This document shows, piece after piece, positions 57,156-64,000 of a DNA stretch of 64,000 nucleotides. The DNA lies in IMG/VR virus record IMGVR_UViG_3300032245_001746, positions 1-64,000 of that record. The stretch is one strand, 5' to 3'. Position 1 is the first letter of the stretch, and each line of letters opens with the position of its first letter. The notes beneath the pieces are model-generated. The model ran no database searches, was not told the origin of the DNA, and was given only the letters and a program-made list of their open reading frames with translations. The translations under genes were made by a program, and so were the position numbers.

Positions 57156-59192
57156 CTATTCTAGTAATAAATTCTTTTGAGCTTCTCTCACTATTTCTTG
57201 AACTTTTTCTTCTTTAAAGTTTAATGCAGATTTTAATATATCTCTTTTATTAACAATATCATTCAATGTTCTAAATCCAAGCGACCAAAGTCTTTCTGCT
57301 CTCACTTTGCCAATATCTGGGAGATTTACAAAATGTAATAATTCTGATTTTACTCCATAAATCACTCTTGATTGTAAATCTCTAAAAAATCCTGATTTAT
57401 TCCATTTACAACCAAAAGAATCAATAGCTTGCAATACTTGTATTAATCTTGGAAAATCCCATTGATACATTCGCATTGTTGTAGCAACAGAACCAGGATT
57501 TAATCCATTCATTGCACAATAATATGCATATCCTCCTTTTATAGCTGTTTCCAATATTACATCTTTACCAAATAAATTACTTATTCGATTTTGATATGCA
57601 TAAATATCTTCTTTTTCAGCTTTACTTACAATTCCCATTTTAATACTATCAATATTTCCAAGTGCGATAGAAACCCATAAATCATCATTCTCATTTCCAG
57701 ATTTAAATAAAGCCATAAAATTCTTTCTTAAATCTGCAACATCAAATGGAGAATAATAAAACATGCTGGATACCATCCCAACTGAAGTAACTTTATAAAT
57801 TCCATCTTCCTCTTTTATTGCACCACATTTAATCAACAAATCAACTGTGGAATTTAATATTGAATCATTCAAACCTTTCGATTGGTAATTTGCTAAAGTT
57901 CTTGAATACCAATTTTTAATATCATCTTTAGTTTTAATTCTATTATGATGAATTTCACTTACAATATGAAAAGCCAAAGTTTTATAATGCCCACCAATAT
58001 TGTCTAATAATTTAGAATCAATATTCTGTGGATTTTGTAATCTAGCTCTGTGTTTATCTGCTTTGCTTTCTGGAAGCAGAATATATACATCTCCTCTTGG
58101 ATCAAATCCAGGTCTTCCAGCACGACCAGCCATTTGCCATATATCATATGTTTCAACTTCAGACATACCTCGGTGCATTCCAAGAATAATAACTCTACGT
58201 GCTGGTAGATTGCATCCCCATGCAATAGTTGATGTTGCTATCAAATATTGCAAACCATCTTTACCTTTATCTTTAAATGAAGATTCTAATTTTTCTCTTT
58301 GTTCTTTAGTCAAATCAGCACTATGGAATAGTGCTTCCATACCTCTTTTTTTCATTTCTGTTTTTAATAATTCACCTGTTCTTTTCGTATGAACAAATAT
58401 TAAAAACTTATCATCTTCATTATCTTCCATAATTTCTAAAGCTTTAGAAATCTTCTCTAATTCTTGATCCTCATATTTACCAGTATCAAAATAAGTTTCA
58501 TAATGTACACCAAGAGGACAAGGTCTGAATTTAGATAATAATAAATAAGTATCTTTATCTGATAAAGATTTAGAGACCCATTCTGCAATTTCATCAACAT
58601 TAGGCATTGTAGCAGACAACAAAACTATTCTTATATCTTTATTAATTTTTGTCAAATTCATTAAACCAACTTCTAAATGGTCTCCACGACCAGGAACAGT
58701 TAAAAGATGTGCTTCATCTACTATACAAATTTTAGCTTGTATTAAGAAATCATTCTTTTCTGATTCCATATTTCTACATCTTGAATTTAGCATTTCTGAT
58801 GTTAAAATAATAATATCTGCATTTTTTAATTCTTCCTGTCTATCTGCAGTCAGTCTATAATCTCCAGTACAGATAGAAATATTTAAATCTGAAAAATGAT
58901 GACCTTCTTTAGTCCAATCATCATATTTTTCTTTTGCTAACGCTTTCATTGGTGCTAAATAAAGTATTTTACCACCTTTTTCTCTAATTTGAGATGCAGC
59001 AAGCATTTCAGATGAAACAGTTTTTCCAGACGAAGTACTTGAAGCTATTACAGCGTTACAATCTTGATTATAAAAATCAAAAATTCTACTTTGCACAGGA
59101 TTAAAGTGTTGAAATGGAAACTTAGCATAATTTGGATATTGCTTAGATTCGACTAGATCATTTTGATCAGAAACTTTAAATAAATTACCCAT
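57156..59192 (-). CDS. Ski2/Hel308-like SF2 helicase
   Basis: FNPVQ, TSSGKT, PMKALA, DEAH, SAT, TSTIAWGCNLPA, QMAGRAGRPGFD, C-terminal HhH IGKVRA. Confidence 0.9.
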   Translation of the reverse strand: MGNLFKVSDQNDLVESKQYPNYAKFPFQHFNPVQSRIFDFYNQDCNAVIASSTSSGKTVSSEMLAASQIREKGGKILYLAPMKALAKEKYDDWTKEGHHFSDLNISICTGDYRLTADRQEELKNADIIILTSEMLNSRCRNMESEKNDFLIQAKICIVDEAHLLTVPGRGDHLEVGLMNLTKINKDIRIVLLSATMPNVDEIAEWVSKSLSDKDTYLLLSKFRPCPLGVHYETYFDTGKYEDQELEKISKALEIMEDNEDDKFLIFVHTKRTGELLKTEMKKRGMEALFHSADLTKEQREKLESSFKDKGKDGLQYLIATSTIAWGCNLPARRVIILGMHRGMSEVETYDIWQMAGRAGRPGFDPRGDVYILLPESKADKHRARLQNPQNIDSKLLDNIGGHYKTLAFHIVSEIHHNRIKTKDDIKNWYSRTLANYQSKGLNDSILNSTVDLLIKCGAIKEEDGIYKVTSVGMVSSMFYYSPFDVADLRKNFMALFKSGNENDDLWVSIALGNIDSIKMGIVSKAEKEDIYAYQNRISNLFGKDVILETAIKGGYAYYCAMNGLNPGSVATTMRMYQWDFPRLIQVLQAIDSFGCKWNKSGFFRDLQSRVIYGVKSELLHFVNLPDIGKVRAERLWSLGFRTLNDIVNKRDILKSALNFKEEKVQEIVREAQKNLLLE

Positions 59193-59208
59193 AAAAATTC
59201 CTTATAAA

Positions 59209-59243
59209 CAACAAAAGATAGGATCTTAATCCTATCTTTTGTT
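59209..59243 (-). terminator. Intrinsic terminator hairpin
   Basis: aacaaaagataggat-ctta-atcctatcttttgtt. Confidence 0.75.
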
Positions 59244-59265
59244 AAAAATTGTTAAAATTACAAAA

Positions 59266-59511
59266 TTATTTGTTTCTTGTTTGATATTCAATTTTTACAA
59301 ATTCACCAAGTCTATCAATCATATCAAAAAATTCATCAGAATTTTTAGCAGATTCAAATAATCTATCTACTTCTTTATTTTGAGAAACAAAATTTGAAAT
59401 ATCTGCTCTGTCTCCGCAAAGTAATTCTTTTGATCTTGAATACAAATAACCTAAATCTTCATCATTTAATCTTGATGAAAACTCTTTTAATAAAGAATCA
59501 TAATTCTTCAT
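59266..59511 (-). CDS. Hypothetical protein
   Basis: 81-aa ORF. Confidence 0.6.
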   Translation of the reverse strand: MKNYDSLLKEFSSRLNDEDLGYLYSRSKELLCGDRADISNFVSQNKEVDRLFESAKNSDEFFDMIDRLGEFVKIEYQTRNK

Positions 59512-59523
59512 ATTTAAACTCCT

Positions 59524-59769
59524 ATGAAACTAGATAAAAACAAATTAGAAACAACACTTATTTCTAACTGGACTTCTTTTATTAACGCAAAAGAAATAAT
59601 TAACTTTATAAGCAACCATCTAAATGTAAAAATTACATTTGTAACAATTTCAAAATTTGAATTAACAAATTTAGGTTTTATATTATGGGTAGATTACAAA
59701 AATGATCAAACCTATGGGTTTGTAGAAATTTTAATAGATTTAAACTGTGATTTATTTATATTACAGTAA
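59524..59769 (+). CDS. Hypothetical protein
   Basis: 81-aa ORF. Confidence 0.5.
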   Translation: MKLDKNKLETTLISNWTSFINAKEIINFISNHLNVKITFVTISKFELTNLGFILWVDYKNDQTYGFVEILIDLNCDLFILQ

Positions 59770-60058
59770 ATGATCTTCTTTTTGCTCCATTGATCAAATC
59801 AGATCTATCTTCTAATATTATTCTACCATTATCATCATTAAATTTCAAGCCAAAATTATAAGAATCAATTGAAACTTCTCTATCTTTTTGAATTGCAGTA
59901 AGAGAACAATAATCTTCTTCAATTGATAAAGCACCATTTTTGTTTTCTTTAACAATTCCTATTTCTAAAGACATACCATCTGGTAAATTTAAATTTATGC
60001 TACCTTCTTCTAACAAATAAGAAATTAAAAGATGTTGAATTTTATCTTTTTTTGTCAT
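59756..60058 (-). CDS. Hypothetical protein
   Basis: SD-like AAAGG upstream; 100 aa. Confidence 0.6.
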   Translation of the reverse strand: MTKKDKIQHLLISYLLEEGSINLNLPDGMSLEIGIVKENKNGALSIEEDYCSLTAIQKDREVSIDSYNFGLKFNDDNGRIILEDRSDLINGAKRRSFTVI

Positions 60059-60126
60059 GATATGCCTTTCAATTTTAAATTGATAATTAAGATTATATAT
60101 CTGTTATTAATCAACAAAATTAAAAA

Positions 60127-60570
60127 TTAATATCGAATTATAGGTATAATGTGAATATATGAAAAATCATCATAAGTACACACTTCATATTTATTTTTAA
60201 AATATGTAGCAATAGGCTTGCCTTCATGATCTAATGATACGGACCATATATAAATTTTTCTAAATTCATCAACTAATTCATATAAAAATAATTCATGTTG
60301 ACCTAAAAACTTTTTAGCCAATTTGCACAATAAATTAAACGGAAGAAATGTATGATTTTCAGCAGAAATACTTAAAGTTTCATTAATAACAGAACCATTT
60401 CTTCTTCTGTTAAACTTTAAATTTAAAGAATAACCATCTATTTCAACTATTCTTCCATTTAAAATATCACCTTGTGATATAAATTCTGGTGATATTGAGT
60501 CATTAGCAATTTTTATATCTTCTATTAATGAATCCAAACTAATTTTTTTATTGTCTATCATGTGATTCAT
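60127..60570 (-). CDS. Hypothetical protein
   Basis: SD AAGG; 147 aa. Confidence 0.6.
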   Translation of the reverse strand: MNHMIDNKKISLDSLIEDIKIANDSISPEFISQGDILNGRIVEIDGYSLNLKFNRRRNGSVINETLSISAENHTFLPFNLLCKLAKKFLGQHELFLYELVDEFRKIYIWSVSLDHEGKPIATYFKNKYEVCTYDDFSYIHIIPIIRY

Positions 60571-60732
60571 CTACCTTAAATTAGTAATAATAATTTTTTA
60601 CTTCTAACATTTTACTTAATATAAACCACTAATGTAAATTAGTGGTTTATTTGGATGTAACCCAACCTATTTGTAATTATATATTGTTAATATAAAATGT
60701 TTTAATAATATTATAGTAAATAAATTTTAATA

Positions 60733-60768
60733 AAAACAACGCAATTAATAGAGATTGCGTTGTTTTTT
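60733..60768 (-). terminator. Intrinsic terminator after recA
   Basis: aaaaacaacgcaat...attgcgttgttttt. Confidence 0.75.
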
Positions 60769-60771
60769 CAT

Positions 60772-63108
60772 TTATTCCTCTAACTCATTAATAAATTCTG
60801 GTGTTTCAACTTCTTCTTCATCACCATTTTCATTAACAACTTTTTCTACAATTGTATTACCTGTAGCTAAATTCACAGCATTAGTGTGAATCAACATATA
60901 TGATTCTACTTCTTCTTTTGTAGAAAGATCAATCAATTTTGGATTATCCAATAAAACTTGCAAAGGTACATCATTTCTGGTCAATGATGCTTTGAAATTA
61001 TAATTCTCTGATGACGCAAATGCTGGTTTAACTGTATAATTACCTTTAGATGATAAAACTACTCGTTCGCATGCAACTAAAATAGAAAGAAGACCGCCTA
61101 AAGGATTTATTCCATGTTCGAAAAACAATTGTACTCCTTCAGTACCAATTCCAGGTGGACAATTTCTGCTCTTTTTGTTTTTAAATTTTAAATTAACACC
61201 TAAAGGCATACCATTTTTATTTTCAATTGATTTACCAATTGAAGTTCTTAACCTACATGATGCATAAAACTCTAATGATTTGCCACCACCAGCATTAGTT
61301 TCTGGTGAATTGTGAACAATAGCTCCATCAACAATATAAGAATGATTTCCTTCTACAGTAATATCAAATTTTTTCTTACTAATTGTAGGAGGTTTTTCAT
61401 AAATATCAATAATTTCAGAAGGAACTGCTTTATAACAAAAACATCCATCTGGCTCTGAAATTTCATAAGAAAAATTATTTCTAAATGAATTTTGTAATTT
61501 ATAATTCATACTTGGATGAATATATGGTGCAATAATTTCATGTAATTTTTTAGTATTTTCACTATTAAATTTTAATCCTTTATCAAATTCTTGACAATCA
61601 AGATCAAATTTTTGTTTTAACATTTCCTTTAATTGTGTACGATTATTATATTTAACACAATAAATAACAGATTGTCCATTACCCCATTTCTCGGCTGATC
61701 TATAACTACCATCATCCATATACCAAATAGCTAATCCTAAAGGAGATAAATTTTTCATAACTTCAAATGGAACACAATAATCTTCTTTATATTTACCAAG
61801 ATCTATTAATTCATACATTGGAATAGTATCGAAACCAATTCTATTATATTTTATATTATCAACGAAAGAATATCCAACCCAAGGATTTAAAATTTCTTCT
61901 TTCCATTGACAATATTCAGTTTGTTCTAAACCATGATCAATACGTAATTGGGCACAAGAATTATTTTCTGGAGTTCGTATTTCTCCATCACCTAAAATCG
62001 AACCATATACAACTTGTTTTTGATCTTCAGATAAGTAATAAGGTTGTGAAACAAGAATATTATCACCAATGTTCAAATCTCTAGCACTTACTTCTTTAGA
62101 AGAAATATTATCCCAAGAATAACCCTTATATTCATCAAAGTTTTTTAAATGTGGAATAAAAATTTGATGATTTGGCGTACAAGCAAATTGTGTTCTACCA
62201 TTTCCTCCACGTTTTCTAACAATAAATTGCAAAAATTTTTCACTTTCTTGTAAATTACCATTATTGTGACATTCAATAATTTTCTTAGGTTCAATATTAC
62301 CATTTTCTGGATTAAAAGACAGAACTTCTAATCCAATCATATTTTGATTAACTATTTTACCAATTTTCATTGTTGAACCATCAGCTAATACAACACGAGA
62401 ATCATATTGAAAACAACCATACAAAACTCCAATTTTACTTCTAATTTGATTAATAATATATAAAGTAGCATTATTTTCATTTATAAATGGATTAATTTTT
62501 CTTAAAAGATCTCCTGCCGCTCTTGCTCTTTCGCCAGGTCTTTCAGACCCAACAGCTTTTAATTGTGCAGCCGTTGGATTTTCAGGCAATCCGATTTCTG
62601 ACCATTCTCTTTCTGTTGGAGAAACCCCAATAGAGTCCCAAACAAAAAGTATTGGTATATCTTTACCATAATGCTTTCTAATAGCATTAGTAGCTGATAT
62701 TATTTTCTTTTCAACTTCTTCTATTGAAATTGGTTCATAAGTAATAAGTCTTGAAGTATTTAAATGTGCAGCTTTTTCTGCAAATTCAGCATTTCCTGCT
62801 CTTTCGCAATCAAGTAATACAGCTATTCCATTTAATCGTTGACAAGACGCTAAACAACAATAACCCAATAAAGACTTACTTGTTGCTGGTGGACCAAAAA
62901 CCTCAGTTATTCTTCCACCCGGAATACCACCAGTCGCAAACCTACCAGAACACATGTAATTTAAAGCTAAATTACCAGTATCAATAAAATAAGGACATTT
63001 TCCAGCAGTATCTAATGTATTAGCCTTAGCAGTTTTAAGTAATTCTGAAAACAGATCATCACTTTTTGAGTCATTTACTTCTTCTTTTTCTTGTTTTCTT
63101 TTAGCCAT
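60772..63108 (-). CDS. recA: RecA/UvsX-like recombinase (intein-containing)
   Basis: IDTG..ALN, GIPGGRITEVFG, D.E, WDSIG, INQIR.KIG, GGKSLEFYAS.R. Confidence 0.92.
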   Translation of the reverse strand: MAKRKQEKEEVNDSKSDDLFSELLKTAKANTLDTAGKCPYFIDTGNLALNYMCSGRFATGGIPGGRITEVFGPPATSKSLLGYCCLASCQRLNGIAVLLDCERAGNAEFAEKAAHLNTSRLITYEPISIEEVEKKIISATNAIRKHYGKDIPILFVWDSIGVSPTEREWSEIGLPENPTAAQLKAVGSERPGERARAAGDLLRKINPFINENNATLYIINQIRSKIGVLYGCFQYDSRVVLADGSTMKIGKIVNQNMIGLEVLSFNPENGNIEPKKIIECHNNGNLQESEKFLQFIVRKRGGNGRTQFACTPNHQIFIPHLKNFDEYKGYSWDNISSKEVSARDLNIGDNILVSQPYYLSEDQKQVVYGSILGDGEIRTPENNSCAQLRIDHGLEQTEYCQWKEEILNPWVGYSFVDNIKYNRIGFDTIPMYELIDLGKYKEDYCVPFEVMKNLSPLGLAIWYMDDGSYRSAEKWGNGQSVIYCVKYNNRTQLKEMLKQKFDLDCQEFDKGLKFNSENTKKLHEIIAPYIHPSMNYKLQNSFRNNFSYEISEPDGCFCYKAVPSEIIDIYEKPPTISKKKFDITVEGNHSYIVDGAIVHNSPETNAGGGKSLEFYASCRLRTSIGKSIENKNGMPLGVNLKFKNKKSRNCPPGIGTEGVQLFFEHGINPLGGLLSILVACERVVLSSKGNYTVKPAFASSENYNFKASLTRNDVPLQVLLDNPKLIDLSTKEEVESYMLIHTNAVNLATGNTIVEKVVNENGDEEEVETPEFINELEE
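61309..62415 (-). mobile_element. LAGLIDADG intein in RecA (369 aa)
   Basis: LYG|CFQY...CTPNH...FDITVEGNHSY..VHN|SPE; GSILGDG and AIWYMDDG. Confidence 0.92.
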
Positions 63109-63142
63109 TTTTTACCTCTTTTTTTAAAAATTTCAAAAAAAA

Positions 63143-63170
63143 TGCTGCACGTACATTTAAACGTGCAGCA
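63143..63170 (-). terminator. Terminator hairpin after ssb
   Basis: tgctgcacgt-acatttaa-acgtgcagca followed by T-run on minus strand. Confidence 0.75.
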
Positions 63171-63193
63171 CTTGAATAAAATATACTACATCA

Positions 63194-64000
63194 TTATGTT
63201 AAATTCTTTAATTGTTCAAAGAATTCATCGCTATCACTAGATTCCACAGCAGAATCAGAAACAGCACTAGAAACAGAATTAACTATAGATTCTGTAGATA
63301 CTGGAGTGGATGAAACATTTGTCTTCGAAACAGAAGATTGCTTGCTTTGGTATTCACTTGGATCAAATGAATTTCCAACATTATCATTAGGAATGACTCC
63401 CAAGTGTTTTTTAAGCTCTGTTTTTAATTCATCTACAGTATGACTCTTTCTTTCAGCTACCAAATCATGAAGAGAAGACATCCAAGTTCTAATTTGTTCT
63501 GGTGTGCCTAATGGTGTTTGGTCTAAAAACTTAGATGAATCATAGTTAGGATATTCATTGTCACCAGACTTCTTAATTGTTTTTATAATCTTAAAATCAC
63601 GTCCAGTTGTAGGATGTGTTACATCTCCATAACCTTTTTCTTGTATTGTTTCATCACCAACAATACCAGTAATAATCATTTTGTATAATGTTTTACCTAC
63701 AGACAAAATCTTAGGTCCAACATTTTCAAGAACAGATCCATCTTCTTGTTTTTCTTGTCTTACTATACAATTGAAATAATATCTTTCAACTGGCTTGATA
63801 TCTCTTGCTTGCTTTTGAAGTTTATCTCTTTCTTCTTTGCTATTTTGTTGTTCAGATGTATTCCATAGCCAATTGTAATATTCACAGATTGGACAAGTTC
63901 CAACATACTTCTTAGCTTTTTTATCAAATTCTTTCAAGCAATGTTTGCTTTTATTATTTACTCTGTGCAATCTTGTTTGCATGAAAAATGGAGATTTTTC
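63194..64000 (-). CDS. gp32-like single-stranded DNA-binding protein (N-terminus outside window)
   Basis: CPICE...LW, RYY.N, G.DF, YPNYD.S.F, acidic tail DSDEFFEQL; frame open to window end. Confidence 0.85.
   Translation of the reverse strand, partial: EKSPFFMQTRLHRVNNKSKHCLKEFDKKAKKYVGTCPICEYYNWLWNTSEQQNSKEERDKLQKQARDIKPVERYYFNCIVRQEKQEDGSVLENVGPKILSVGKTLYKMIITGIVGDETIQEKGYGDVTHPTTGRDFKIIKTIKKSGDNEYPNYDSSKFLDQTPLGTPEQIRTWMSSLHDLVAERKSHTVDELKTELKKHLGVIPNDNVGNSFDPSEYQSKQSSVSKTNVSSTPVSTESIVNSVSSAVSDSAVESSDSDEFFEQLKNLT

Noticed and set aside
704-62987. Many short antisense or nested ORFs in the track (e.g. 704-913, 19219-19494, 31513-31850, 58000-58392, 62751-62987)
   Set aside because: Shadow frames of well-supported genes, with no motifs or RBS
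1-64000. Stop-codon reassignment (common in huge phages)
   Set aside because: Conserved genes are full length under code 11, and TAA, TAG and TGA all terminate genes at expected ends
1-64000. Cellular (bacterial/CPR) chromosome
   Set aside because: Housekeeping-like genes are isolated from their usual operons and mixed with gp32, gp23-like, Rnl1 and late-promoter features; terminase and portal are not in the window, so the phage call is strong but indirect

Overview
Very AT-rich, densely coding segment of what is best read as a jumbo/huge tailed dsDNA phage of the T4-like supergroup. Supporting features are a gp32-type SSB, a UvsX/RecA recombinase, a gp4-like nuclease, a gp23-like paralogue, an Rnl1-type RNA ligase and TATAAATA-like late promoters. 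Standard code 11 fits and most genes lie on the minus strand. The window holds replication genes: DnaE split into two genes about 12 kb apart, true GyrA/GyrB, RecA, a Hel308-like helicase, and three LAGLIDADG inteins. It also carries translation-control genes (IF3, bS21, tmRNA, MetAP, RNA ligase), a proteostasis set (DnaJ, GroES, ClpP, M16 peptidase, PrkA-YeaH-SpoVR), nucleotide metabolism (ThyA, DHFR, GuaC, dCMP deaminase, dNMP kinase) and heptose/glycosylation enzymes. The most notable patterns are: (1) an intein-independent split DnaE whose active site is shared between two genes; (2) at least ten unrelated proteins sharing a T4-internal-protein-like N-terminal tag (F-K-x-F/W/Y-x(1-2)-E), suggesting a packaged and injected effector set; (3) a phage PrkA/vWA/SpoVR module followed by ClpP, near a tmRNA; (4) apparently leaderless late transcripts. 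Sequence hints point to a PVC/Planctomycetota host (inference). All calls come from motif recognition by eye; no database searches were run.
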